From Azolla caroliniana (Eukaryota > Plantae > Polypodiophyta), in the NCBI GenBank assembly GCA_043228905.1, contig JBHGNT010000015.1, positions 4,464,001 to 4,528,000 of the forward strand: a DNA stretch of 64,000 bases. The letters run 5' to 3'. Under the pieces are notes generated by a model, which was not told the DNA's origin, ran no database searches, and saw only the letters and a list, made by a program, of their open reading frames with translations. Shown piece after piece: positions 12,751 to 25,482 of this stretch. Positions within the stretch are counted from its first letter, which is position 1. Each line of letters begins with the position of its first letter. The translations under genes were made by a program, and so were the position numbers.

Positions 12751-13199
12751 TTCGAGCATGGATGGAAGGTACTACCTATTTGGAGTCACGTTTTAGCATG
12801 GATGCATAGTGGTGATGTATCAACCTATTAGCCAAACCATATCACTTACTAGGCAAGGGGGCTCTCAATGACAGTTAGCCTAATCGTTCTACCATTTGCC
12901 AATGAGAGTGAGGTCAAGGGAGCGCCCACAATGCATGGTCTCTAAAATGCAAGCACAATCCTTGACCAAGGGAGAGGCCCACGGATGTGGCAAGGATGGA
13001 AATGCTAAAGCGAGGGTGGAAACCAAAGTTTGCAAAGACCTTGCAACCCCGATTGAAGCATGGAGAGTGTTTTTGTATGCAAGCTTAGCCATTGAGAGAA
13101 AGTTGATCTAATCCAAATTGTTGGTAGCTAATAATGCACTATAGGTATTGTTCAAGGGTTCAATTGACTCGTTAGTTTTGGCCATCTATTTGGGGGTAT

Positions 13200-13830
13200 G
13201 TTGAGACAAGCTCAAATAAGTGTTGAATATCCCTTGCCAAAAGTGGGCCCGTGATTAGAGATGCAATCATTTAGTATGGTATGTAGGCGAATTACATTTT
13301 TTAAAAGGAGATCTTTTGTCTCCACTCTTAAGATGCTTTTTGAACAGGTCAGTAAGTGAACCATCTTTGTAAATTGGTCAATGATCACCAGAACTGAGTT
13401 GTACCTATTGACTAGGGTAGATCGTTCATAAAATCCATGGTGATGGATGTACAAGGCCGGCTTGGGATCGAACATGGTTGGAGAAGGTCCTATGGCTAAT
13501 TGGAAAACCACCTTGGTACAAGCACAAACATCACAAGTTATGATAAATTTTTTGATGAACTTCCAAGGTTACGGCCACCAATACCTAGAGAGACCAATTC
13601 TTGGGTTTTCACGACTCTAAGAATCATGGTCAATGAATGGATCATCATGCGAAACTTGCAAAATCCAAGTTCGACACGATCCTTTTGGGATACAGAGGAG
13701 ATTATTCCTAAACATTTGTCCATCTTGAGTTATGACTTGATTATACACAAGGTTGCACTCATTGCTAACCCAACAACTTTCGCATGAGCCGACAACCATA
13801 GATAACTTATTTGTTGTTTTCACACACAAT
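13200..13830 (-). pseudogene. degenerate gypsy integrase fragment
   Basis: Remnants such as HDDP and NSVLVIIDQFTKMVHL across shifting frames. Confidence 0.6.
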
Positions 13831-13850
13831 TATCCCCTACTACAGGAGAT

Positions 13851-14397
13851 TGTTACCCATAGGAGTTGTACGGGGCGGTATAAGGGTAAAACACGTTAAA
13901 GGGGTTGTTCGGTATGTGTAATGTATAGGAGTGTGAGAATGAGTATGTGTGAGCACATGCACAATTATACCGTTATTATTTACCATTACATTATATATTA
14001 TATAAACCCCTTGTGGGGCATGTAATGAGATATAGTTTTTTCCCCTCTCATTTGGTGTCATTTCCTATTTGTCTTTCTCTCTAGATCTCTCTCTAACTTA
14101 AACCCCTTGGGAGGGGGGTGAAGCCATTCTAGGTTTCACCCCCCACCCATCAACACTTTTGGCACGCCCGAAAGGACGACCCTCCTTTGAGAGGAAGTCA
14201 CTCCCTCCCTCACTATGTCTTTGCGTTTCTGAATATGTGTGTGTCTCTCTCCATCTACCTTGTTCTACTATTTCTTGGTATTTGTAGTCATGGGGAAGGA
14301 GAAGATACATATAAGAGATGTTGCTTTTGGCCATGGCTGATGCGGGAAAGTCCACAACAACTGACCATGGTAACAGTGACAAGCGGGTCATTGAGAG

Positions 14398-14453
<56 letters not shown>

Positions 14454-15888
14454 TGTCTTTCTATTGTAGGATACACTCCTCCTCTCTCACTTTCCCTCTC
14501 TCCGTGTCTGCCAATCTTTGTGTTAAAAGAGTGTGGTTTTGTGCGTGTATTGTCTGTGTGGGAGCCAACCAGCAATGGAGATCTCAACATTGCCTATGAA
14601 GCTTGACAAGCAAAAGAAATGGTTGGAATCACAGTCTCGATATGGAGTATGCCTTGAGAAGATGATTAGAGACACTATGCAACAATGTATAGCATACAAG
14701 GAACAAGCAAGAATAAACCAAGATGCATGTACTGATCTGGTTGAAAGACTTGAGTCTCAAAGAAAGATTTGTGATCTAGCTGAGGAGAAGCTGCAGGGAT
14801 TGACGAAAGAAGCACCCAAAATTGTTGTAGAGAACTGGTTTCAGTTTCTATTACACAACCCTTAGGAGATGGAGAGATGTCATACTGAAAATCATCAGAT
14901 TATGAAGACATGGGACCATGAGTTTCTCGTGAAGAAAGGGAATACGGTCAATGGGATTCTCAAGAAACTTAGATTTAGCCAGGAAGAGCTGGTGAGATGA
15001 GAGGAACGTTACGCTCTGCCACAAGAAAGATCTTTTTGTAACGGACATATTATTTACCGTTACATTATGTATTATATAAACCCCTTGTGGGGCATGTAAT
15101 GAGATATAGTTTTTTCCCCTCTCATTTGGTGTCATTTCCTATTTGTCTTTCTCTCTAGATCTCTCTCTAACTTAAACCCCTTGGGAGGGGGGTGAAGCCA
15201 TTCTAGGTTTCACCCCCCACCCATCAACACTTTTGGCACGCCCGAAAGGACGACCCTCCTTTGAGAGGAAGTCACTCCCTCCCTCACTATGTCTTTGCGT
15301 TTCTGAATATGTGTGTGTCTCTCTCCATCTACCTTGTTTTACTATTTCTTGGTATTTGTAGTCATGGGGAAGGAGAAGATACATATAAGAGAGGGCAGAA
15401 AACTGAATTTCGAAAACTCAAGGGCCAAAAAAAAAAAAAACTTGAGGGTAAAAATTTTAGAGACCAAGGGTACAAAATACAAAGCTCAATTCACATGAAG
15501 AAACCGAAAAATACACATACATGTAACGGAATCATGAAAGGCCCATGCCGCAATGGAGGAGCCAATTGGTGTGTGATCCAATTGAGCGACATGCTGACCG
15601 AACGAGAAGGTTCGAGTCAAGCAATGCCCCGATCGAAGTTATCGATCGTAGAGCTATGATCCGGTCGATGGATTTCCGACCGTTGAGACGACCGATGGAG
15701 TTTCGGTCATTAATAGTTGCCATGGCGAGTGGGTTCACCGTGCGATGCACTGTCCCACAGGCGTGCCATGTGTTACCCATAGGAGTTGTACGGGGCGATA
15801 TAAGGGTAAAACACGTTAAAGGGGTTGTTCGGTATGTGTAATGTATAGGAGTGTGAGAATGAGTATGTGTGAGCACATGCACAATTAT
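13851..15888. repeat. rearranged LTR-like direct repeats: 13851-13968 = 15771-15888 and 13974-14318 = 15048-15392
   Basis: Near-identical blocks, TATA-like TATATAAA, TGTAACGG/CCGTTACA termini-like motifs, and a (CT)n microsatellite at 14401-14450. Confidence 0.7.
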
Positions 15889-15919
15889 GTGCATGTGACA
15901 AGAATGTAACGGTCTCATG

Positions 15920-16993
15920 TTCAATTTTTTTTCTCGGATTTAAAAAAATAAAAAAATTGAGCTTGAGTTGATGAAAAAACCAGTTTTTTCACCACAATTC
16001 AATACAATGTATAGAATTCATGTTTAAAGTAATTGTTTTTAAATTATTTTAAATTATTTTCAAAAAAAATCAAAAAAATTTGATATTTTATTTTTTTAAT
16101 TTTAATTTTCTTTTTGGAAAAAAGAAATTAACATGAATTCAATACATTGTATCGACTTGTGATGAAAACTCTAGTTTTTTCATCACTTCAAAAAAAAAAA
16201 TTAAAAAAAAACATAAAGACCCAAAATAAATAGAAAAAAATAATAAAATAAAAACTTTAAATACGAACTCAATACATTGTATCGAATTCGTGTTGAAAAA
16301 TAGAGTTTTCAAGACCAACTCGATACATTGTATCAAGTTCGTGTCGAAAAGCTGACTTTTTTACATGAATTTGATAGAATGTATCGAGTTCATGTTTAAA
16401 GTTTTTTTAGGGGGGGGGGGGGTTTAAAAAAAACAATTTTGGTTTTTTTTCTATTTATTTTGGGTCTTTTGGGTTTTTTTTTTTTTTTAAGTTGCAGTGA
16501 TGAAAAAACCAATGTTTTCATCACAAGTCAATACAATGTATCGAATTCATGTTTAAAGTTTTTTTTCCAATGTTGATGAAAAAACCAAAGCACTAAATTT
16601 ATAGATGATGACATTAAGGATTAGAATGTTACCTCTTATACTTAAAACATACAATAGATGTAGCTTCCACTTCTGGAACCTACATCTTCTCAAGATGGTG
16701 AAACCATTAATCTTAACTTGTGCGTTAAGTTAACCATGGTGATTTTCTTTAAGTTAACTACATTTCATATTTGCAAACCATCAACGTTTAAACATTTATT
16801 GAAAAACTATTCAATTTTAGAAATTATCATTTTGAAACTTGTTAAATCTCAAAAAATTAACAAATTTTACATGCTATTTAAAACATGTGATACTGGTGTA
16901 TCAAGTTTTTGAAAATCGCCTAAAATCGCAAGATTATAAAAGGAATCTATAAGTGGAATGCACGATCCTTCCACTTGTGAACACGAACGTGTT
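15920..16993. mobile_element. non-autonomous derivative of the TIR transposon (palindrome array plus end B); left end not found
   Basis: 16600-16993 is homologous to 54510-54846 and ends in TIR GATCCTTCCACTTGTGAACACGAACGTGTT (16964-16993). Array of AATTCRATAC-N3-GTATCGAATT motifs at ~15995-16550. Confidence 0.8.
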
Positions 16994-17426
16994 ACAATAC
17001 ACAATGTAAGCAACAATGGAAGACAAACATAATAGTTTGATAATTAAGAACACACTACACATTATAGGTAGCAATAGAAGACAAAGATTCATAATATATG
17101 GACTGTTATATATTAGACACAATATGATGGTCTCGACAATTGATCTCAATTAACGACATGGACAGTCATGACGACAATGCTACGGGCATATTATGTTTAG
17201 GTAAAGTTTGAACAAAATCTGCCTTAAGGTAAACTAATTCATGTTTCTCCATATTTACAGTTAGCAATAGATGCGGTGAAACCGATGTCATAAGTCAACA
17301 AACCAAGTATATAGGAATAAAATTGAAACATATAGAAAAATGTAAACAATTGAGTACACCAAGTAGAACCCAAAATTTGTATTAGTACTTTGAATTCATA
17401 AGTTTACACTTCACATCACATAGCAA

Positions 17427-18330
17427 TCAAATCATCACATCATTATCTTCTTCATCCCTTATAGAAGTCTCTTCGGCTATATGTGCATTGTCTTCCCATG
17501 CTAACCGAGCCACCGTAAGATCTTCTATAAGCTCATCATCAAGCTCAATTAGCTCCCCCGGTTCCTCGGCTAGCTGAGGAATAGGCTCTTGTGAAGCCGA
17601 TTGAAACCTTTCCGTATCAGCGATGTGCTTTGCACCGACCTCCTCGTCCTGGTCTGGGCATTCCCACAAGGCCTTAATCCTCATATTTATAAATACAACC
17701 TACCCCTTGTCCTTCTCCAATGCTATAGTGTTTTTGAAGAGCTTCAATGCACATGCAGACGTTGTCCCTGTAAAGAAAGCGACAAGAAGATTTACTTTTC
17801 AAACAATAAGAATCAGTATTGATTATCTCAACAACGTAAACCTAGTTCGAGGAATACCTGTGCCAGAAAACAGGTCTAATATCCAATCTCCTTCTACAGA
17901 GAACATTTCGATCAGGCACATCATAAGACGTTGAGGTTTCTATCGTGGTGACATGTCGCAATTTTCGTGTCACTACTGGATATACCCGCAGTTTTGAACC
18001 TCTAACATCATTAGAATGGTCCTTGATTCTTTGTTTCTTTATTTCATCAAAGTAGCCAACCGTAATGTACTCAATGGCATTAACGAAACGAAAGGTTGGT
18101 CCTCTATTGATGTTGGTTTTTATCCTATAACAAATATTGTATCGAGTTAAGAATAGATTGAATAAATTAAGAAAGGAAGTAAGTGAAGGAGACTTATAAA
18201 TAATCCTTACCAAGCAAGGTTCTCGATGCCGTGGCAACGAGATCTCAATGCTTGAACTACTAAGTACCCTTGGTCCATACTATGAAACACAACTATCCTC
18301 CTCAAGGATGCAATCATCATCTCCGCAAAA
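17427..18330 (-). pseudogene. beta-class N6-adenine/N4-cytosine DNA methyltransferase, C-terminal exons
   Basis: Spliced translation ...ENLAW|IKTNINRG...KPQRLMMCLIEMFSVEGDWILDLFSGT|GTTSACALKLFKNTIALEKD contains the FxGxG SAM-binding motif. GT-AG introns at 18210-18125 and 17857-17768 restore the frame. Frameshift near 17945 and an in-frame stop near 17700. Confidence 0.85.
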
Positions 18331-19061
18331 CAAGTGACTAAGGATTACCCTCTGACATCTTCATATAAGGCGTTATCTGAGTATTTTATAGCATTCAAGG
18401 ATTGGGTTAGTATTCGTCTTTTTAATAAAGTTTTCTTCATATGTAGAGATTGTGTATTAATACTCGATGTCTTATTGCCTCTATTAGAAACCATGTCGTG
18501 GCAAGAAACCAGTAGAAGTCAAGGATATACACAACTTCCCGACATCCTCCCTTGCACATCTCGAGAGAGCCAGAAAAGAAAAGGATTGGCACTTAGTCAA
18601 GGCATATGAAACGGAAGAAGATGGCTCTTTCAAAAAAATTAGCCACAAGAAAGACATTACCAAAGATCTCTACTACAATATGATTTGTGGCGATGCCATT
18701 GAGATGATCCAAAAAGTGCCAAAGAAAGAATATACACTACTAATTGCAGATATTCCATACAGATTTTGAATGGTTGGGTCATCATACGACGATGAACCTT
18801 TTAAGTTCAAACAATTAGAGAAAATGGTCAAGGATTTTGCGGAGATGATTGCATCCTTGAGGAGGATAGTTGTGTTTCATAGTATGGACCAAGGGTACTC
18901 GGTAGCTCAAGCATTGAGATCTCATTGCCAGGGCATCGAGAACCTTGTTTGGTAAGGATTATTTATAAGTCTCCTTCACTTACTTCCTTTCTTAATTTAT
19001 TCAATCTATTCTCAACTTGATACAATATTTGTTATAGGATAAAAACCAACGTCAATAGAGG
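18331..19061 (+). pseudogene. inverted segment of the same methyltransferase gene, carrying catalytic motif IV (DIPY)
   Basis: ICGDAIEMIQKVPKKEYTLLIADIPY (DIPY at 18749-18760) matches the GD....L......DLI.TDPPY pattern; intron 18406-18487; 18835-19061 is an inverted copy of 18101-18330. Confidence 0.8.
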
Positions 19062-19129
19062 TAGAGTTTAGGTGTGTTTATAGATGGCTTGAAAAGTCAA
19101 AAATACAACAGTGACTGTACAGTTTGTTG

Positions 19130-19319
19130 CTTACCTGGAGTCCGTGTGTTCGAACTTCTTCGAATACATGATTTTCAGGCTGGGTGCTGACAGGGAGATC
19201 GTCGGTTGTGGTTGCATTGGTGTAGCTCTGCGTGCTCTTGGCTCTGTGTGCTTTGAGTGCTCCGTGTGCTCTTGATTGTGCGTGTGAGATCTACAAATGA
19301 GGAGCTCTTCCTATTTATA
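19130..19319 (-). promoter_or_regulatory. putative TATA box and first exon of the methyltransferase gene
   Basis: TATAAATA at 19319-19312, then ATGCAACC... and a strong donor CAG|GTAAGC at 19134, on the same strand as the C-terminal exons. Confidence 0.5.
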
Positions 19320-19460
19320 GGGCTTGACCATCATGGTTAAAGTAATTGTGGTTAGTCTAACCATAGTTGGTTACCTACAAGTTAGTTAGTTAGACTTTAG
19401 TACACTTTGTACATGAATGAATTAGTACAGTTTGGTTAGTACAATTATCATAGCTCCTAG

Positions 19461-19822
19461 ATGTTGATGAATGAACCAATGTTTGAGTATTGAAACCAAC
19501 ATGTTTATGACTCTCTAATGTGTTTTATTTAATATGATGTTCATGAATGAACCAATGATTGATTACTCAAACCAACATATTTATGACTCTCTAATGTTTT
19601 TGATTAAATATGATGGTCATGAATAAACCAATGATTGAATACTCAAACCAACATATTTATGACTCTCTAATGCTCTTTATTAAATATGATGTTCATGAAT
19701 GAACCAATGATTGAATACTCAAACCAACATATTTATGAATCTCTAATGTTTGTTATTAAATATGATGGCCATGAATGAACCAATGATTAAATACTTAAAC
19801 CAACCTATATATGACTCTCTAA
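19461..19822. repeat. 76-bp tandem repeat, ~4.8 copies, between the divergent methyltransferase and transposase
   Basis: ATGTTCATGAATGAACCAATGATTGAATACTCAAACCAACATATTTATGACTCTCTAATG units start at 19461, 19537, 19613, 19689 and 19765. Confidence 0.92.
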
Positions 19823-20301
19823 TTATTGTAAATATATACTATATGTATATAGAGAATCGAGACTTAATGTTTTTTATTTAATACACATTATGGGAGTACC
19901 AAGTTGATTTACAAGTGGGGAAGGACACTTTTAAATGATTGTTATCTTCATTATTGCACAAATGATTGAGATTATACTTGCATATTTACGCCTCTCTAAT
20001 GTTTGGTAATACTATACTATATGTATAAAGTAAATTTAATTTTACTTATAGACTATAAGATTAATTAGGTATAAAATATAATTTATGGACATTATACTGA
20101 CTAGTGTATATAGTTATTAATATAATTAATAAAATATATTATATATATAATAATATCTTTCTTTATTGTATTATTATAATATTAAATAATATAGACATCA
20201 GATTGAGGGAGCTTATGTTTATAGAGGCGCTTATCATTTGTTTCAATCTCTTATATTAACCTAAGCACATAACTTGGAGAGCTCTGTGTGGATCTTATGC
20301 C

Positions 20302-22765
20302 ATGAGTGAAGACTCGTCATTTTCGATTGAAGAATATTGTTTGTCAACATACTCATCGTTTTCTATCGAAGAGTATTGTCTATCGACAGACGCACCGTTT
20401 TCTATCGAAGAATGTTGTCTGTCGATAGACTCACCGTTTTTTGTCGAAGAATATTGTCTGAGCTCATCTTCTCCTAAACCTCATGTGAATAAAGACTCAT
20501 GTGAAAAGTTCTCTATTGAAGAATACGATATCAATAAAGATACATACAATGACGGTAATGCCAATGAAACATCGAAGATCATGGGCGAGCACCCTAACAA
20601 CAATGAACTTGATTGTAACGTGGTTACCCCAATTTCTAGTCAAGAAAAGAAATCGAGACGCCCTATGCATATTAGAAGAATCCCACGTAGAATTCGTTTG
20701 GCCAGATTTAACTTGGTGACGTCAGATAAGCAACTTGGATTTGATGTCAACAAAACATGTTGTGCCCGTGGCTATATATCAATTATTGGAAAATCAAAGT
20801 TGCAAGAATTAAGGCGTTACTATTTTTTGATGACTAGTGATGAGCAAGACACTTACCTTAGCTCACATATGCAACTGGTGTCTGACAAATCTTTGGGGAT
20901 CAAAGTAACATTCGAGTATTATATCTTCTATGTGCAACAGATATGTAGAGTTGCATTCAAAATTGTGTTATGTGTTAGTAACATGTGGCGACATAGAGTA
21001 CAACAATGTCTTCTTAGCGGGGATCAAATGCTTAATTGTAAAGAGGTTCCGAGTATGAAAGGTGCAATTGGAAGACATGCTATTGGTTGGATGAAAATTT
21101 ACTTTCAGTTAAATTGTGAAGTAATGCCCACTACAAGTAGGATGCACCTCTCTGATAATTACACACGTCGGGAAGTTTATGATGTCTATCGATTAGAAAT
21201 GGTGGACTCAAGTAATAAATATGTCATATACCACCAATTCACAAGATTGTGGAGAGAATGGTTTTCAAATGTTATTATTCTGCGTAAAGTACGCATGAGG
21301 TATTGCTCGATTTGTACAAATCTTAAAAGTTTGGCTTAAGGTGCGAAGACATGAATGGAAAAGGATATGAGTAAGAAGTTACTATAGGAGCATCGTGAGG
21401 CATAATCGTTAGAATGAAAGAAGGTGGTGCATCATAGAGATAAGTGTTTGAAGAGGCCCGAGCAATACATGTGCTTAATGATCGATGGCATGGACCAGAA
21501 GAAGACGTGCTTGCCGCATATGTGGAGGCTCCCCAAAGACATCAATGATGAGTGCCTTGTTCAAATGCACTTGGTGGGATGCTTGGCTTATAATAGGTCA
21601 GATGGACCACACGTCTTCATTACATACCCCAACCTTCACAATGACCCTAACCTAACAGTTATAGTGATTCACCGAGTTTTGATGGCTTGGTGCCAACTGT
21701 TCCCCATTGTTCTATACATTCAATTGGACAATACTACTAGAGAGAACAAAAATTCAACTACGTTTGGCTATCTAAGTATGTTGGTCAACCAAGGATTGTT
21801 TAGAAAAGTGAAAGTCAATTTTCTTTTGGTTGGCCACACACATGATCATATAGATCGAATGTTTAGCACATTCTCCAGACAGTTGTCTTGGCATGATGCT
21901 TTCACATTACCTAAACTATTTAATGTCATTTGTGATGCATACACACCACGCCCAAAAGTGTTACACTTAAAGGAGGTATATGACTTTAAGAGCTATATAT
22001 CAAATGGGGGTGTTGGGAATGTTAAAGTGCTCGCCCAGTTAAATAATATAAGCTTCAATCACATTTTTATGATAAAGAAAAATGAAATAAGTGGTTCTAC
22101 ACTTTTGTATGCCAAACAATATTCATCTTCTACAAAATGGGAACCTGAAGGCGGTTGCTAGTTCTTACTTTGTATACCGAGTACAATAGTCCATGGAGCT
22201 AAACAAATGCCAATTGAGAAGAAAAGACAGTTGCATAGTGACTTGGTATCGGAACAAAAACACTTATGGCTCCAAGACTTAACAGAAAAAAGAAAGCATA
22301 TTGAGGCCACAAAGAAATATGCCGCACAACAAGACACGTCATGGTGGGATGTATTTTTTAGTGATAAGAAAGGAATTATTGACAATTGTGTATCTAGTGA
22401 TAATTGGACTTTGGAACATTGGAGATGATTGAATGCCCAACGACAAGGCCCCGACAAGGGGAGGTAGGAGGAGGAAGCGAAACATTCATAACACCTCGAC
22501 CCTTGATATCTCTAATGTGGATATCATCGTGTACGACTTCACGCTTACAAAACCTAGACGTTTAAGGAAGTCAATAATAGATATAATAAAAGAAAAATTA
22601 CCAAGTCTACAAGGTGGCTCGAGTCGAAGGCAAACGAGATTTGTTGCATATAATCTAGAGTCACACCATTTGGTTTATGATGAAGATAATGCATTGATTG
22701 GTACATCCGAGGATGACAAGGAGGAATCCTCATTGTATATTAGTTATAGTAGTGATTCTCCGTAA
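20302..22765 (+). pseudogene. Sola-like DDD transposase with premature stops
   Basis: ORF pieces 20302-21339, 21424-22161, 22207-22428, 22433-22765. CSIC motif, then MIDGMDQ..., LYIQLDNTTRENKN and FLLVGHTHDHIDRMFS as the putative acidic triad. N-terminal 39-bp repeat (SFSIEEYCLST-like, x4). Confidence 0.75.
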
Positions 22766-23138
22766 AAGAGTGATCATGAATGTATTTTTGGCTATTAAAT
22801 GTAATTACCTTCCGCTTGTAACAAATTGAGTAATATAAAAGCATGTGTTTTGAATTCTTTTGATTCCTATGAATATCGTTTCTTATAAAAAAACATTGGT
22901 TGTAAAGTTTGTGATATAAATTAAACCCTAAACCTTTTTGAAATTCCTCCTCTTCTTCTTTTTTTAAATCACGAAAAATGGTGGATTTTCAACCTTTTTC
23001 ATAGTATATTTGAGAATGTACGATATTGGTATCAATGTGTGTTTTTTTTTCCAAAAAAATGGTATCAATGTGTTTTGTAATATCATTGAAAAAGTACTAA
23101 AATCAAACGGAATAATCCTTATCCTTCCATTTATGCGC

Positions 23139-23168
23139 AATCCTTCCACTTGTGAACGCGAACGTGTT
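23139..23168 (+). repeat. terminal inverted repeat (end A) of the methyltransferase-transposase element
   Basis: AATCCTTCCACTTGTGAACGCGAACGTGTT; ~22520-23168 is the reverse-complement homolog of 52613-53250. Confidence 0.85.
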
Positions 23169-23299
23169 ATATGCCTAACAATCACCAATGCACTAAGTAC
23201 AATCCCGATAAACCATAAGGGAATCCTTCCAATGGTCTTGGTCATTGTATGACCCCTCCCCTCCCCTTATTTCTTTTGGTTTGACTACTCTACCATAGC

Positions 23300-24700
23300 T
23301 TAAGACATGAACAATCACAAATAATTGTGATATGTGGCTTATTATAAAATGCATCAATATCAAAAGATGCATGCATGTTCTCCTTTCAATTGACCCTAGT
23401 GAATTATGTCATATTTGTTGAGATGGGAACCTTAGACAAGTATCCTTGTTGATGTAGAGAATGGGAATTGTAGCCGTAAATAATCACTAAAACAAGAAGA
23501 AATCTTACTCATAACGTTTGCTTTTAAAATAATCTCTTCTTGATGTTTCAAGAGCATTAGAAACACATTTCCCACTAGTGTTCACTGATTGCATGCTAAA
23601 CACCATTTCTTGAAATCCTTGTGGGTTCTCACTAGTTCCATGAGTGAGTTGGGTGTCACGTTCATTGCAAATATTAAGGTTCCTTTAGGCATTAAATGGG
23701 GCCATGATTTTTTCTCTAAGGGGGCCCTAATGTTAGAGGAAGCTTGAACTTCATCTTCTTGAGGACAAATGTAATCAATCACCTTCTCATATCAGTGATG
23801 GGGTTACCAAAGAATATTAGTGATAGTTTTATTGGCTATTTTGATTACATAACATTCATGGGTCAACGAAGAATGTGTTCAAGCACATCAATGAAGTTGC
23901 ATTAGCGAGGTGGATACCTAAAATTCTGCAAAGGATGAACATATTGTGATTGGATTAGATGTGCATGAGGATGGCCCATAAGAGCCCTTTATAGAGTCCA
24001 TAAATTTCCTGCATCCTCCAACGTTGAACATCTCCGAGTTGTCTAATGCCATTCATTTTATATTTCAAATATTTGCATCATAATCCCATCTCTAGGCTTG
24101 TTGACAAATGCTATCTTGCTCTTACTAGTCCTCATTGGTTCAACCTTGTTGTTGATGGGGATTCTCAGCACATTAGCTTGGCAAGTGTTGCTAAAGTTTG
24201 TCGTAGATCTCGTCCCCTTGTAATCAATATGGTAATTGGGATATTGATTGGTAATATGGTTGAATGAGCGAGATCATAGAAGGATGTATATAAATGCTTG
24301 GAATTTTGGAGGCACATTTCCCAACCAACATTTTGAGCATCCAAACTTTGATTGTGCATCTTGTAAATAAGGTGATACTTTCCAGTCCAATCCACAAAAG
24401 ATAGATGTACTATCTCTAGTGATTTATAAAGATGACAAATGTTTTGTGAGAAAAAACTCTTTTGACCACCTCATTCCAAAGGCTAACCATACTTGAGGAC
24501 AACACAATGAAATCACACCATTAAATACACCAAATATCTTGCCAAAGATGCAAGCCCACTAGGGTGAAATGACAAATTAGATGTAGATTACCTTCCCTAT
24601 TTACTCTTCAACCTCTTTCAATAGTATAGGAAATTCATTGCAAAGCCATCTTTAGAGTGTGGTTGTTGGAAAATTTCTTCTACTTCAATTTTTTAGTATT
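23300..24700 (-). mobile_element. possible highly decayed LINE 3' fragment
   Basis: Only short remnants (LWQDIW, WCLACNQ). Confidence 0.25.
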
Positions 24701-25416
24701 TTCTGGAATTTTGCTCATACCAATGAGTTTGTTTACTTCCAAGACAATGATCCCAATTGACATTTATCTATTTGTTGAATCCCTCTCTTCCTAGTCCACC
24801 TTCATCTCATTTATGACCCCCCTCCTTGTAAGTCTCTTGTTTCCCCTCATGCCATTTGTGTCCTTCAAGTAAGTCTCCGAAATTTCATCTATTTGCATGT
24901 ATATTCCTATCTTTTGCATGAACGTAGATGTATATGCATGCGTACATTTTTGTATGTGTAACACTTGCATGCAATCCACATCTTGTCCATGTTGGTCATT
25001 TAGGTTTAGATATTTTGTTCCAACAATCCCTTTGTATGTCAACATCTCTATCATGATATTGATGGGTACAAATATGTGTTGAATATGGGATATTTCTAAT
25101 AAGATAATATACCAAAAAAACGTTTCGACTTGAGTAATAATGGTAATCGAGCCTAGGTATATCGTGAAGAGAGCCAGTTGGTTGTTCGGCTGTGGCACAC
25201 TCTTGATGGACTCTGGTTTTTTATATCATCAACTTGGCCAAAAATCAACGTACCTCCCCTTGGAGGTAGCCTAATCTTTAGCATTACAAATCATTGCATC
25301 AAAGCTACATTTATGTCATCATCTAGGTCTTAGATGTGAAATATGTACACTCAAGAATATAGGTGAATGGAGGTCCACATGTATGTGTATATACACAACA
25401 TAATAAGGAATCATAT

Positions 25417-25457
25417 ATCCCACATAGGGAGGCATGTTTGGGTGTGACCTATAAATA
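25417..25457 (+). promoter_or_regulatory. snRNA promoter, USE plus TATA
   Basis: ATCCCACATA 25417-25426, 23-nt spacer, TATAAATA at 25450, U2 start 33 nt later. Confidence 0.9.
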
Positions 25458-25482
25458 TGAAACTAATTGCTACATTCAAACC

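Noticed and set aside
14533-14865. Coiled-coil-like 110-aa ORF
   Set aside because: It lies between LTR-like repeats and has no recognisable domain.
17427-19061. Bacterial contamination as the source of the methyltransferase
   Set aside because: Spliceosomal introns, the surrounding plant retroelements and a second fragment inside a TSD-flanked element show it is integrated nuclear DNA.
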